A stretch of DNA of 64,000 nt, from assembly GCA_020846295.1 (NCBI GenBank), contig JADLEF010000371.1, positions 4,959 to 68,958 on the forward strand, written 5' to 3'. The position numbers and the translations under genes were made by a program. The DNA is from Acidimicrobiales bacterium (lineage in GTDB: Bacteria; Actinomycetota; Acidimicrobiia; Acidimicrobiales; CAIXPF01). The number at the start of each line of letters is the position of its first letter. Positions within the stretch are counted from its first letter, which is position 1. Below the pieces are notes generated by a model. The model was not told where the DNA came from. It made no database searches and saw only the letters and a list, made by a program, of their open reading frames with translations. Positions 41,243-51,297 of this stretch are shown here, piece by piece.

Positions 41243-43633
41243 ATGGGCGATGCCGAGGGCCGGGTGGAGTCGGGCGAGCGGGATCCGGCGGCGCCGCTGG
41301 TCGTCACCTGGGGCGGGTCGCTGGCCTGCGCGATGGCGGGGTGGCTGCTCGGCTGGAGCGGCCTGCGCGTGGTCCGCGTCGAGCCGCCGGGCGAGCCGTC
41401 GGCGACGGACCTGCGCCGCCGCCCGCCGCTGCTGGCCGACGGCACCAGCGCCTGGCACCGTCACCTCTGCCGGCACGCGGTACCGGCCGACGCCGCCACG
41501 GTGCTGGCCGGGCCGCCGCCCGACGTCGTGCTCGTCGACGACGGGAGCCCGGCGCAGGACTGGCCCGACGGCACCGTGGTGGTCAGGGTCAGCAGCTTCG
41601 GGCCGGGACCGTACGAAGGGTGGCGGTCCAGCGAGCTCGCCCTGTGGGCGCTCGGCGGGTACCTCGCCTTCACCGGCGCCCCCGACCGCGAGCCGCTGTG
41701 GTTGTCCGGCGGGCAGGCGGGGCTGCACGCCGGGGCGCAGGCCGCCTTCGCCGCGCTGGCTGCGTTGCACGGCCGGGACCACGGGGTCGCCGGTCACGGC
41801 GGCGGGGCAGGTCTCGCGGCCGGCGGCGGACAGCACGTCGTCGTGAGCGAGTTGGCCTCGGTGCTCGCCGCCCACGTGTGGCTGGTCTCCTCGTGGGCCT
41901 CCTGCGGCCAGGTGCTCGGCCGGGTCCCGCAGGACCTCATCCGCGCCGCCGACGGGTTGTGCTACGTGATGCGCATCTCGCCGAACGACAACCTGTTCGT
42001 GCTCATCGACCGGCCCGACCTCGCCGCCGAGGACCTGGCCGGCGACGTGGTGCGCTGGAACCAGAACCTCGAGCGGATCTTCACCGCGGTGGCCGAGTGG
42101 GCGGCGACGAGGACGGTGGCGGAGATCGTCGAGCTCGGTCAGCTGTTGCGGGTGGCGGTCACGCCGGTGCGCACCACCGCAGACCTCGCCGTCGACGAGC
42201 AGCTCGATGCGAGGCGCTGGTGGCAGCGCGATGGCGCCACCGACCTGCGCCTGCCCGGGCCCCCGGCGCGCATCGTGCCCGCCGACCATACCGGTGCAGA
42301 TCCTGACCGTACTGACACAGATGTCGACCGTACCGGCACGGATGTGAGGGCCCGGCCGGCGGGTGGCGATGGCGAGCGGCGGCGGCCGTTGCCGGGGGCC
42401 ACCGGGCCGCTGCAGGGCGTGCGGGTGGTCGAGGTCACCAACAACTGGGCCGGGCCGCTGGCCGGGCGCATGCTGGCCGACCTCGGGGCGGACGTCATCA
42501 AGGTCGAGTGGGCGTCGCGCCCGGCGACCCGGGTGCTGTTCTGGGCCGGGCCTTACCAGGATCGCGAGCCCTCCGGCCACGAGCGATCGCTCTACTTCTC
42601 GGAGCTGAACCGCAACAAGCGCGACGTCGTGCTCGACCTGTCCGACCCGGTGGGGCGGGACACGTTCCTGCGGCTCATCGCCGACGCCGACGTGTTCATC
42701 GAGAACATGAGCGCCCGGGTGATGCCCAACCTGGGCCTCGACTGGCCGGTGTTGCAGTCGGTGAACCCGCGGCTGGTCATGCTCTCGATGTCGGGGTACG
42801 GCGCCACCGGCCCGCATCGGGACTGGGTGGCCTACGGCGCCAACATCGAGACCACCTCGGGCCTGACCTCGGTCACCGGCTATCGCGACGGCGTGCTGTC
42901 GCGCACCACGTTGTTCTACGCCGACCCGATCAGCGGGTTGCTGGGGGCGACCGCCATCCTCGGCGCGCTGCGCCGGCGGGATCGCCGCGGGAGGGGCGAG
43001 TGGATCGACCTGTCCCTCAACGAGGCCGGCGCCCTGTTCGTGGCCGGCGCCCTGCTCGAGGAGGCGGCGACGGGGCGGACGCCCGGCCCGTGTGGCAACG
43101 ACGACGAGCGGTTCGCGCCCCATGGCGTGTACCGCTGTGCGGGGACCGACAGCTGGGTGGCCATCGCCGCCCAGGACGACGGGGACTGGCTCCGACTGGC
43201 CGAGGCGGCCGGGCTGGCGGAGCTCGCCGCCGACCCGTCGTTGCGCACGCTCGAGGGACGGCTCGCCCGGCGCCGCCAGCTCGACGAGCGACTGTCGGCG
43301 TGGACGGCGGGCCTCGGCCAGTACGACGTGGCCCGGCGCCTGCAGGCGGTCGGTGTGTCCGCCGCGCCGGTGCTGGCCAACTGGCAGATCCTGACCGATC
43401 CCCACATCCACGCCTCGGGCTTCTACCAGCCGGTCTCCCACCCCGAGGTGGGGGTGAACCCCACGTCCAGCTGGCCGTGGGCCTTCGGCGCCACCCCGGC
43501 CACCATCCGCCGGCACGCGCCGCTCTTCGGCCAGGACAATCGCCAGGTGCTGGGGGAACTGGGTCTCTCCGAGGCCGAGATCGACGCCCTCTACGCCACC
43601 GGCGTCACCGCCGACCAGCCGCAGGTCGGCTGA
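41243..43633 (+). CDS. Fused double family III CoA-transferase (divergent N-terminal module + canonical C-terminal module)
   Basis: The N-terminal half (VRVEPPGEP, FGPGPYEGWRSSELALWALGG) parallels the divergent partner subunits. The C-terminal half (VRVVEVTNNWAGPLAGRMLADLGADVIKVE, NRNKRDVVLDL, VFIENM, GANIETTSG) is canonical. An Asp/Thr/Arg-rich linker joins them. Confidence 0.85.
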   Translation: MGDAEGRVESGERDPAAPLVVTWGGSLACAMAGWLLGWSGLRVVRVEPPGEPSATDLRRRPPLLADGTSAWHRHLCRHAVPADAATVLAGPPPDVVLVDDGSPAQDWPDGTVVVRVSSFGPGPYEGWRSSELALWALGGYLAFTGAPDREPLWLSGGQAGLHAGAQAAFAALAALHGRDHGVAGHGGGAGLAAGGGQHVVVSELASVLAAHVWLVSSWASCGQVLGRVPQDLIRAADGLCYVMRISPNDNLFVLIDRPDLAAEDLAGDVVRWNQNLERIFTAVAEWAATRTVAEIVELGQLLRVAVTPVRTTADLAVDEQLDARRWWQRDGATDLRLPGPPARIVPADHTGADPDRTDTDVDRTGTDVRARPAGGDGERRRPLPGATGPLQGVRVVEVTNNWAGPLAGRMLADLGADVIKVEWASRPATRVLFWAGPYQDREPSGHERSLYFSELNRNKRDVVLDLSDPVGRDTFLRLIADADVFIENMSARVMPNLGLDWPVLQSVNPRLVMLSMSGYGATGPHRDWVAYGANIETTSGLTSVTGYRDGVLSRTTLFYADPISGLLGATAILGALRRRDRRGRGEWIDLSLNEAGALFVAGALLEEAATGRTPGPCGNDDERFAPHGVYRCAGTDSWVAIAAQDDGDWLRLAEAAGLAELAADPSLRTLEGRLARRRQLDERLSAWTAGLGQYDVARRLQAVGVSAAPVLANWQILTDPHIHASGFYQPVSHPEVGVNPTSSWPWAFGATPATIRRHAPLFGQDNRQVLGELGLSEAEIDALYATGVTADQPQVG

Positions 43634-43708
43634 CGCGACGTGACCCGGCCGGACCTGGGTACCGCCGCGACGTCGGGTTCGGCCACGCGGCGGGCAGAAT
43701 CGTCGACG

Positions 43709-45778
43709 ATGACTGAACGCTCCCGTACGGTGCTCGGCACCTGTCACCACGACTGCCCCGACTCGTGCGGTTGGGTGGTCACCGTCGAGGGGGAGCGCGC
43801 CGTGAAGCTGCGCGGCAACCCCGACCATCCGTACAGCAGGGGCGAGCTGTGCCCCAAGGTCAACCGCTTCCTCGACCGGGTGTACAGCCCCGACCGCGTG
43901 CTCACCCCCCTGCGTCGCGTCGGGGCCAAGGGCGAGGGCCGCTTCGAGCCGACGACCTGGGACGATGCGCTGGCCACCATCGCCGTCGAGTGGAGCGGGC
44001 GCATCGCCCGCCACGGCGGCGAGACGCTGCTCGGCTACCACTCGGCCGGGACCCAGGGCCTCATCCAGATGACCTCGCTCGATCGGCGCCTGTTCGCCGT
44101 GCTCGGGGCCTCGCGTCTCGATGCGACCATCTGCGGGAGCACCGCCCGGGTCGGCGTGGAGCTGACCAACGGCACCGGACTCGGCCCCGATCCGCTCGAC
44201 ATCGTGCACAGCCGCTTCATCATCCTGTGGGGCACCAACACCCGCCTCACCAACCGCCACCTGTGGCCGTTCATCGAGCAGGCCCGCTCGCAGGGCGCGA
44301 CGGTGGTGGTCATCGACCCCCTCCGCACCATCACCGCCGATTCGGCGGACTGGTTCGTCCAGCCGCTGCCCGGCACCGACGCCGCCCTGGTGCTCGGCCT
44401 CGCCCATGTGCTGATCCGCGACGGCCTCGTCGACGAGGGCTGGGTCCGCGACCACACCGTCGGGTACGAGGCGCTGACGGAGCGGGTCCGGGCGTGGGAT
44501 CCGGTCCGGGCGGCGGCGCACTGCGGGGTGGCGGCCGAGGAGATCGAGCGGTTGGCCCGCGCCTACGGCAGCGCCCGCCCCGCCCTCATCCGCACGCTCA
44601 TCGGCGCCGAGCACCACGAGCACGGCGCCGAGCTGCTGCGCACCATGGCGTGCCTGCCCGCCCTGGTCGGTGCCTGGCGCGACGCCGGTGGAGGGCTGAT
44701 CCGTTCGTCGGGCACGTGGACCGAGGAGGCGTTGCTCGACACCGTGCTGCCCGCCGGGGCGGGCACCTGGGACACCCGCCGCATCAACATGGGTCGCATC
44801 GGCGCAGCGCTGACCGATCCGGCGCTGGCCCCGCCGATCACCGCGCTGTACGTGTGGAACGCCAACCCGGCGGTCACCGCGCCCAACGCCGGGTTGGTGC
44901 AGGCCGGCCTCGCCCGGGAGGACCTCTTCACCGTCGTGCACGAGCAGTTTCTCACCGATACCGCCCGGTATGCGGATCTGGTGCTGCCGGCCACCACCCA
45001 GCTCGAGCACCTCGACGTGGTACCCGCCTGGGGCCACCTCTACCTCGGCTGGAACGAGCCGGCCATCGCCCCGCTCGGCGAGGCCCGGTCCAACACCGAG
45101 GTGTTCCGCAGCCTGGCGACCGCGCTCGGCCGCACCGAAGCATGGCTGCACGACAGCGACGAGGAGCTCATCGCCCAGAAGCTCGACCTCGACCACCCCC
45201 GGTTGGCCACCATCACGGTCGAGGGGCTGCGTCGGGAGGGGTTCCAGCGGCTGGATGTGGCCTCCCCGCTGGTGCCCTACGCCGAGGGCGGGTTCCCCAC
45301 GCCGAGCGGGAAGGTCGAGCTCGCCTCGCCCCGCCTCGCCGAGCTCGGCCTCGACCCGTTGCCCGGCTACACCCCGGCGGTGGAGGGCCCCGAGGGCGAT
45401 GCGGCGTTGCGGGCCCGCTTCCCGTTGCAGCTGCTCACCCCGAAGACCCACCCCGCCTTTCTCAACAGCACCTATTCGGCCTCGCCCCGCCACGCCCCGC
45501 CGGGCGGCCCCTTCGTGGAGCTCGACCCCGTCGACGCCGCGGCGCGCGGGGTGGCCGAGGGCGACGAGGTGATCGTCGCCAACGATCGGGGGCGACTGCG
45601 CCTGCGGGCGCGCCTGACCGGTCGGGTCCGGCCGGGGGTGGTCGCCATACCGTTCGGATGGTGGGACCACCAACATGCCGGCCGGTACGGAGCGAACGCA
45701 CTCACCAGCGACCGGTTGGCCGACGCGGGCGGCGGCATCGCCTTCAGCGACACCCTCGTCGAGGTCCGCCGGGCCTGA
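43709..45778 (+). CDS. Molybdopterin (bis-MGD) oxidoreductase family protein, cytoplasmic
   Basis: The N-terminal Fe-S motif is CHHDCPDSCGW...ELCPK. The MopB core carries ILWGTN and VVIDPLRT, and the C-terminal beta-barrel carries LLTPKTH and GDEVIV. No Tat signal is present. An alternative GTG start lies at 43640. Confidence 0.85.
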   Translation: MTERSRTVLGTCHHDCPDSCGWVVTVEGERAVKLRGNPDHPYSRGELCPKVNRFLDRVYSPDRVLTPLRRVGAKGEGRFEPTTWDDALATIAVEWSGRIARHGGETLLGYHSAGTQGLIQMTSLDRRLFAVLGASRLDATICGSTARVGVELTNGTGLGPDPLDIVHSRFIILWGTNTRLTNRHLWPFIEQARSQGATVVVIDPLRTITADSADWFVQPLPGTDAALVLGLAHVLIRDGLVDEGWVRDHTVGYEALTERVRAWDPVRAAAHCGVAAEEIERLARAYGSARPALIRTLIGAEHHEHGAELLRTMACLPALVGAWRDAGGGLIRSSGTWTEEALLDTVLPAGAGTWDTRRINMGRIGAALTDPALAPPITALYVWNANPAVTAPNAGLVQAGLAREDLFTVVHEQFLTDTARYADLVLPATTQLEHLDVVPAWGHLYLGWNEPAIAPLGEARSNTEVFRSLATALGRTEAWLHDSDEELIAQKLDLDHPRLATITVEGLRREGFQRLDVASPLVPYAEGGFPTPSGKVELASPRLAELGLDPLPGYTPAVEGPEGDAALRARFPLQLLTPKTHPAFLNSTYSASPRHAPPGGPFVELDPVDAAARGVAEGDEVIVANDRGRLRLRARLTGRVRPGVVAIPFGWWDHQHAGRYGANALTSDRLADAGGGIAFSDTLVEVRRA

Positions 45779-45817
45779 CCGTTCGAACCGGCCTGCGACC
45801 GTCCGGCCGGCGGCGGA

Positions 45818-46702
45818 TCAGCCGGTGGGTAGGGGCTTGGCCTTCTCCGCCAACGGAAAGATGAGCTCGTCGGCCGCCATGGCCGCCATGGCCGCCTCCC
45901 GCTCCCCCGGCTCGAGCGGGGTGTAGGCCTCGGCGGCGTCGAGCACGCCGGCCAGCAGCGCCCGCGAGCCAGGCGTGCAGAACCCGCAGATGCCCGGCGT
46001 CGACAGGGCGAAGCGCACCCCCCGGGCGATGGCGACCGGGTCGCGTTGGGGCCGGTACCACGGCGAGTCGAGCGGCCGGGCCTCGGCACCCCAGGGACGG
46101 TGCGCCACCGCCTTGATCGCCATCGCCGCGACGTCGCCCTCCTGGCAGCGCGACAGCAGCGCCTCAGCCTGGCTGCGGTAGAGCGGGTCCGCCCACACCC
46201 TCGGGTACACCGGGAACATCACCGTGTCGACGTCGTAGCGCCGGATGGCCTCGTGGTGGGCGGACGGCGCCCCGAGATCGTGGCCGGTGACGCCGATCGC
46301 CCTGACCAGCCCTTCGTCGCGTGCGGCCAGCACCGTCTCCATCGCCCCCGCCCGGCGGTCCAGCTCCTCCACCGAGGTGACCGCGTGCAGCTGGTAGAGG
46401 TCGAGGTGGTCGGTGCCGAGCAGCTCGAGGGATCGTTCGAGATCCGCCCGGGCGCCGTCGCGGCTCGGCTCCGCCGTCTTGCACGCCACGAACCACCGGT
46501 CCCGCCGTCCACGCAGCGCCGGCCCCGCCACCGCCTGGGCATCGCCGTAGCGCGGGGCGATGTCGAGGTGGTTCACGCCGCGGCGTTCGGCGAGGTCGAA
46601 CAACGCCGCCGCGTCGTCCGCCGTGGCCGACCACAGGGCGGCGCCGCCGAGGATGGCGACGGAACTGGCGTGGCCGGTGCGGCCCAGGCGGCGGGTCTCC
46701 AT
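45818..46702 (-). CDS. Aldo/keto reductase
   Basis: METRRLGRTGHASSVAILG, NHLDIAPRYGD, DHLDLYQLH and AIGVTGH are present. Confidence 0.85.
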   Translation of the reverse strand: METRRLGRTGHASSVAILGGAALWSATADDAAALFDLAERRGVNHLDIAPRYGDAQAVAGPALRGRRDRWFVACKTAEPSRDGARADLERSLELLGTDHLDLYQLHAVTSVEELDRRAGAMETVLAARDEGLVRAIGVTGHDLGAPSAHHEAIRRYDVDTVMFPVYPRVWADPLYRSQAEALLSRCQEGDVAAMAIKAVAHRPWGAEARPLDSPWYRPQRDPVAIARGVRFALSTPGICGFCTPGSRALLAGVLDAAEAYTPLEPGEREAAMAAMAADELIFPLAEKAKPLPTG

Positions 46703-46740
46703 GGCCCGGGAGCCTAGGGCGTGCGCCCCGGTCCGGGTGC

Positions 46741-46800
46741 GAGATCGCTCACCGCGAGATCGCTCGCCGCCAGATCGCTCACCGCGGGATCGACCCGGCC
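46741..46800. repeat. 15-bp tandem repeat, 3 good copies plus 1 degenerate
   Basis: The copies are GAGATCGCTCACCGC, GAGATCGCTCGCCGC, CAGATCGCTCACCGC and GGGATCGACCCGGCC. The repeat spans the stop of the DUF389 gene and the spacer to the AKR gene. Confidence 0.9.
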
Positions 46801-47759
46801 GGACCGACCCGTCGCCGCCGGCGGCCGTGGCCGCGCAGCAACCGGGCCTGCACGCCCAGGGTGACCACGCCGACCAGCAGCAGGCACCCCACGTTCACCG
46901 CCAGCTGCACCAGCGCACCGATCGCCTCGCTCCCGTGGTTCAGGGCGGCCGCCACCCCGATGTTGGCCAACGCCGGGATGGTCGTCACCGAGATCAGCAC
47001 CCCGACCAGCGTGCCGGCCTTGCCCTCGGTCAGCGACAGCACCCCCGCCACCCCGGCCAGCAGGGCCACGAGCACGGAGAACAGGTCGGGGTGGGAGATG
47101 AAGCGGGTGAACTGGGTGGCGCCCGCCACGTACGCGGCCGGCACGGCGTCGAGCAGGTCGAGCGCAGCGGTCATCGCCGCGCTGAGCAGCCCGGCGAGCA
47201 GGAAGCCGGCCAGCAGCGTCCAGCTCGCCCGGCCTGCGTCGGCCCAGCGGCGGCGGTGCAGCGCCAGCATGACGGCGGCCAGCGGCCCGAACTCGGGTCC
47301 GACCACCATCGCCCCGATCACCAGCACCGGCGAATCGGTCAGCACGGCGATCGCCGCGATCAGCGTGGCGACGAGGAGGAAGGCCAGGTAGCTGGGCGAC
47401 AACGTCGCCTCCATGCCGACCCGGGCCGAGATCTCGTCCCAGATGACGGCCTCCGACGGGCTGCCGTGAGCGATTCGCTCGGCGTGCTCGGCGGTGGCGG
47501 ACAGCGTGGTGTCGATGCGGTGCAGCACGATGCCGCCCCGCTCGTGCAAACCGGCCGCCTTGAGGTCCTCGAGCAGGGCGTTGGCCGATTCGAGCGGCAC
47601 GTCGAACAGGAACAGGTCCGCGTCGCTCAACACCTCCGAGCCGTTCAGGCGGGCCTGGTGGGCCAGCACCGTCAGGTGGCAGACGGTGGCGTCACCCTCG
47701 AGGCGGGTGGTGACGGTGCCGCGCAGCTCGGCGGGCACGATGAGGCGGACGTGCAGCAT
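46779..47759 (-). CDS. DUF389-family membrane protein
   Basis: A soluble N-terminal domain (MLHVRLIVPAEL...) is followed by a multi-TM C-terminal region (VIGAMVVGPEFGPLAA, VGVLISVTTIPALANIG). Confidence 0.75.
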   Translation of the reverse strand: MLHVRLIVPAELRGTVTTRLEGDATVCHLTVLAHQARLNGSEVLSDADLFLFDVPLESANALLEDLKAAGLHERGGIVLHRIDTTLSATAEHAERIAHGSPSEAVIWDEISARVGMEATLSPSYLAFLLVATLIAAIAVLTDSPVLVIGAMVVGPEFGPLAAVMLALHRRRWADAGRASWTLLAGFLLAGLLSAAMTAALDLLDAVPAAYVAGATQFTRFISHPDLFSVLVALLAGVAGVLSLTEGKAGTLVGVLISVTTIPALANIGVAAALNHGSEAIGALVQLAVNVGCLLLVGVVTLGVQARLLRGHGRRRRRVGPAGSIPR

Positions 47760-47783
47760 GGTGGCGACCTCGAAGCGATCGGT

Positions 47784-48929
47784 TCAGCCGCCCGACACCG
47801 AGGCGAGATCCGGATGGTCGGCGGAGGGTGGCGGGGTGGCGTCGTCGAGCTCGTCGAGGTACCCGTCGGGCAGCGCCACCCGTCGCTGCGAGGAGGACTT
47901 GGCCCGCGGCAGCCGCTCGCTTCCCGGGGCCGGCGCGGCGTCGGGATCGAGCAGGGCGAGCACCGCCTCGAGCCCGACCCTCGTCGACACCTGGGCCAGC
48001 TGCCGCCGCACATCCACCCCGATGGCGTACCCCTTGGCGTACCACGAGAGGTGCTTGCGGAACTCCCGGAGCGCGGCCGGTTCACCCTTCGCCTCGGTGA
48101 GCGCGTCGAGGTGGCCGCGCAGCACCGCCATGACCACGCCGAACCGGGGGGCGACCGGCACCGGGTCGCCCCGGAAGGCGGCGTCGAGCTCGGCGAACAG
48201 CCACGGTCGGCCGAGGCAACCGCGCCCGATGACGACGCCGTCGCAGCCGGTCTCCTCGACCATGCGCAGCGCATCCGACGCGGTGAACAGATCGCCGTTG
48301 CCCAGCACCGGGATGGGGCTGGCCGCCTTCAGCTCGGCGATGGGCCGCCAGTCGGCCTGCCCACCGTAGAGCTGCACCGCGGTGCGGCCGTGCAACGCCA
48401 CCCAGGCGCAGCCCTCGCCCGCCGCCACCTCCCCGACGGTGCGGTAGGTGACGAGGCGCTCGTCGAGCCCGATGCGGCACTTGACCGACACCGGCACGGT
48501 GCCCGCGTTGGTCACCGCGGCCCGCACGATCGAGCGCAGCAGGTTGGCCTTGAGCGGGATGGCGGACCCGCCACCCTTGCGGGTGATCTTCGGCGCGGGG
48601 CAGCCGACGTTCAGGTCGAGGTGATCGAGCCGACCCTCGCCGACCAGCCGCCGCACCGCCTCGGCCACGTCGGTGGGGTCGGTGGCGTAGAGCTGGAGGC
48701 TGCGGATCCGCTCGGCGGGATCGAAATCGACGTAGCTGTCCCACGTCTTGCGGTCCCCGAAGCGCAACGCCCGGGCCGACACCATCTCGGCCACGTACAG
48801 CCCGCCGCCGAAGCCCGCGCACAGCGTCCGGAACACGCGGTTGGTCACGCCCGCCATGGGGGCGAGCACGACCGGCGGCCAGATGCGGTGGGGGCCCAGC
48901 GGCAGCGCGGGCGGCACGGGGTGCGCCAT
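47784..48929 (-). CDS. dus: tRNA-dihydrouridine synthase
   Basis: LAPMAGVTN, LDLNVGCPAPKI, ALHGRT and VIGRG are present. The ATG at 48927-48929 overlaps the upstream stop. Confidence 0.9.
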   Translation of the reverse strand: MAHPVPPALPLGPHRIWPPVVLAPMAGVTNRVFRTLCAGFGGGLYVAEMVSARALRFGDRKTWDSYVDFDPAERIRSLQLYATDPTDVAEAVRRLVGEGRLDHLDLNVGCPAPKITRKGGGSAIPLKANLLRSIVRAAVTNAGTVPVSVKCRIGLDERLVTYRTVGEVAAGEGCAWVALHGRTAVQLYGGQADWRPIAELKAASPIPVLGNGDLFTASDALRMVEETGCDGVVIGRGCLGRPWLFAELDAAFRGDPVPVAPRFGVVMAVLRGHLDALTEAKGEPAALREFRKHLSWYAKGYAIGVDVRRQLAQVSTRVGLEAVLALLDPDAAPAPGSERLPRAKSSSQRRVALPDGYLDELDDATPPPSADHPDLASVSGG

Positions 48930-49654
48930 CAGCCGAGCCTGGCCTCCATCGCCTCGAGCACGGTGACCATCGTCGTCGCCGCGGCGGCGTCGAGCACCGA
49001 GTAGGCGGGCAGGACCAGTTCGTCGGTCAGCCGCTCGGCCGCGTCGAGCTTGGCGCGATCGGCGTCGGTGGCCGTCGGGGCCTCGGCATACCCGAAGGTA
49101 CCCACATCGTCGGGGCGCTTGATGGCGTGGGCCACCGCGGGGTCGAGCCCGGACGCGACCACCGCCAGCAGGTGGGCGCTGCCACGGAACTCCCGCAGCA
49201 CGGCGACCAGCTGCAACGCCCGGGCGGGCAGGTCCTCGGGCAGCGGCTCGGCGGCGACGCCGGCGAACAGCGCCAGACCCGCCGGCTCCACGGCGGCGAC
49301 GACAGCCTCCGCCGCGGTGCAGAAGGCATCGAGGTCGGCCACATCGGCGATGGTCTTGCGGGCGAGGTCCGCGTTGCACTGCAGGTACAGCCGGGCGGCC
49401 TCACGGGGAGCCATCCGCTCCTTGGCCGAGGTCCAGATCTTGGCGACCAGCGGCGCGGCGAAGTACCCGAAGGCGCTCTTGATCACGGGCGCCTCCACGT
49501 CGCCCAGCACGCCGCCGCGGCCGAGGAAGTAGAACCGGAAGCCGTCGAGGTTGTGGGCCTTGCCGGTCGCCACGGTGTCGGGGTGGAAGTAGAACTTGGC
49601 GCCGAGGCTGCCGATCTTGGGACAGGCGGCGCTGACCAACTCCTGGGGTGTCAT
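48929..49654 (-). CDS. Conserved hypothetical protein
   Basis: The 241-aa product has good GC3 bias and non-shadow composition (MTPQELVSAACPKIGSLGAKFYFHPDT...FRGSAHLLAV). It is translationally coupled to dus. I did not recognise the family. Confidence 0.65.
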   Translation of the reverse strand: MTPQELVSAACPKIGSLGAKFYFHPDTVATGKAHNLDGFRFYFLGRGGVLGDVEAPVIKSAFGYFAAPLVAKIWTSAKERMAPREAARLYLQCNADLARKTIADVADLDAFCTAAEAVVAAVEPAGLALFAGVAAEPLPEDLPARALQLVAVLREFRGSAHLLAVVASGLDPAVAHAIKRPDDVGTFGYAEAPTATDADRAKLDAAERLTDELVLPAYSVLDAAAATTMVTVLEAMEARLG

Positions 49655-49753
49655 GGGCGGGCATGGTAACCACGCCCCGCAGGACAACCGGGAACGCGAC
49701 CCGCGGCGGCCCGGCGCGGCGCCCCGGCCCGGCGGCGGCAAGACTGACCGTCC

Positions 49754-51169
49754 ATGACCAGTGCACTGAGCTACGGGCCCGACGGCGGACCGGACGGCTA
49801 CCACCGCCGCCAGGGCGAGACGGTGGAGCTGTTGCAGACCCTGATCCGCAACGCCTGCGTCAACGACGGCACCGCCGGCTCCGGCGAGGAGGTGCGCAAC
49901 GCCGATGCGCTGGCCGCGCTGCTGGAGCTGCCCGGCGTCGAGCTCGAACGCTTCGACGCCGCGCCCGGCCGCCGCTCGCTGGTGGCCCGCCTGCGCGGCA
50001 CCGACCCCGCGGCACCGACCCTGTGCCTCATGGGCCACACCGACGTGGTGCCCGCCGACCCGTCGGGCTGGTCCCGCGACCCGTTCGGCGGGGAGGTGGT
50101 GACCGCCCCGGCGCGCCGCGGCCGTCCCGCGCTGACCGAGGTGTGGGGCCGCGGCGCCGTCGACATGCTCAACCTCACCGCGTCGATGGCGGTCGCCTTC
50201 CGCCACCTCGCCACCACCGGGTTCCGGCCCGAGGGCGACCTCCTCTACTTCGCGGTGGCCGACGAGGAATCCGGCTCCGCCTACGGCGCGAGCTGGATGG
50301 CGCAGCACCACCCCGACGCCATGCGGGCGGACTACGTGCTGACCGAGAACGGTGGCTTGCACTCCGGCCCGGCCGAGGCGCCGTGGATCGGGATCAACGT
50401 GGCCGAGAAGGGGGTCGCGTGGCGCCGGCTGCGCCTGCGGGGCCGCCCCGGCCACGGCTCGATGCCCTTCCGCAGCGACAACGCGCTGGTCAAGGCGGCG
50501 GCCGTGGTGCAGCGACTCGCCGAGTACAGCCCGCCGCCGCGCCTGCACGAGCTGTGGCGCGAGCGGGTGGACACGCTGGGCCTGGACGAGGACGCCCGCG
50601 CCGCCCTGATGGACCCCGATCGCATCGACGCCTTCCTGGCCGCCATGCCCAACGCCGGCGCCGCTGCCCACCTGCATGCGTGCACCCACACCACGTTCTC
50701 GCCGAACACCAGCGGCGCCGGGGTGATGAAGACCAACGTGATCCCCGGCGTGGTCGAGCTCGGCGTGGACATCCGCACCCTTCCCGGCGAGCGCGCCGAG
50801 GACGTGACCGAGCACCTGCGCGCCGCGCTGGGCGAGGAGCTGTTCGACGGGCTCGAGGTGGAGATCATCATGAACGATCCCGCCTCCATCAGCCGGACCG
50901 ACACGCCGCTGTGGGACGTGCTGCAGACCGCGGTCCAGCGCCCGTTCCCCGGCGCCCGGCTGACCCCACAGATGGTGGTCGGCTTCACCGACGCCCGGGT
51001 GTACCGGCAGATGGGCGCGGTCGCCTACGGGGCGGGGCTGTTCAGCCCGAACCTCGACGGTGGGGACTTCTCCCGCAGGTTCCATGGTGATGACGAGCGC
51101 ATCGATGTCGACTCATTGGGGCTGACGACGCAACTGTGGCTCGACGTGGCCCACGGACTGTGGCGCTGA
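49754..51169 (+). CDS. M20-family metallopeptidase / amidohydrolase
   Basis: LCLMGHTDVVPAD, GRGAVDMLN, FAVADEESG and TDAR are present, and the length is typical. Confidence 0.85.
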   Translation: MTSALSYGPDGGPDGYHRRQGETVELLQTLIRNACVNDGTAGSGEEVRNADALAALLELPGVELERFDAAPGRRSLVARLRGTDPAAPTLCLMGHTDVVPADPSGWSRDPFGGEVVTAPARRGRPALTEVWGRGAVDMLNLTASMAVAFRHLATTGFRPEGDLLYFAVADEESGSAYGASWMAQHHPDAMRADYVLTENGGLHSGPAEAPWIGINVAEKGVAWRRLRLRGRPGHGSMPFRSDNALVKAAAVVQRLAEYSPPPRLHELWRERVDTLGLDEDARAALMDPDRIDAFLAAMPNAGAAAHLHACTHTTFSPNTSGAGVMKTNVIPGVVELGVDIRTLPGERAEDVTEHLRAALGEELFDGLEVEIIMNDPASISRTDTPLWDVLQTAVQRPFPGARLTPQMVVGFTDARVYRQMGAVAYGAGLFSPNLDGGDFSRRFHGDDERIDVDSLGLTTQLWLDVAHGLWR

Positions 51170-51269
51170 CGGTGATCGCTGCGGTGCCCATGGGGCCCGA
51201 AGCGCGAGGGCGGCGGGAGCATGGTCAAACCTGAACACCGATGGGTGCCGCGAACCTGTTCCGGAAGGC

Positions 51270-51297
51270 TTGACTCGCGCCCCCGGTCCGCTAACGT
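51270..51297 (+). promoter_or_regulatory. Sigma-70-type promoter candidate
   Basis: TTGACT (51270-51275), a 16-nt spacer, then TAACGT (51292-51297), about 90 nt upstream of the 51389 start. Confidence 0.3.

Noticed and set aside
43640-43708. The GTG at 43640 as the start of the Mo oxidoreductase, which would add 23 residues.
   Set aside because: The extension (MTRPDLGTAATSGSATRRAESST) is low-complexity, and the conserved Cys cluster begins soon after ATG 43709. It has no RRxF twin-arginine pattern. This remains a possible alternative start.
41084-45676. A 1530-aa ORF on the minus strand, the longest in the track.
   Set aside because: It is extremely Arg/Pro/Gly/Ala-rich with no recognisable motifs. 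It lies exactly antisense to two well-supported plus-strand genes (the double CoA-transferase and the Mo oxidoreductase). This is a typical shadow ORF of GC-rich DNA.
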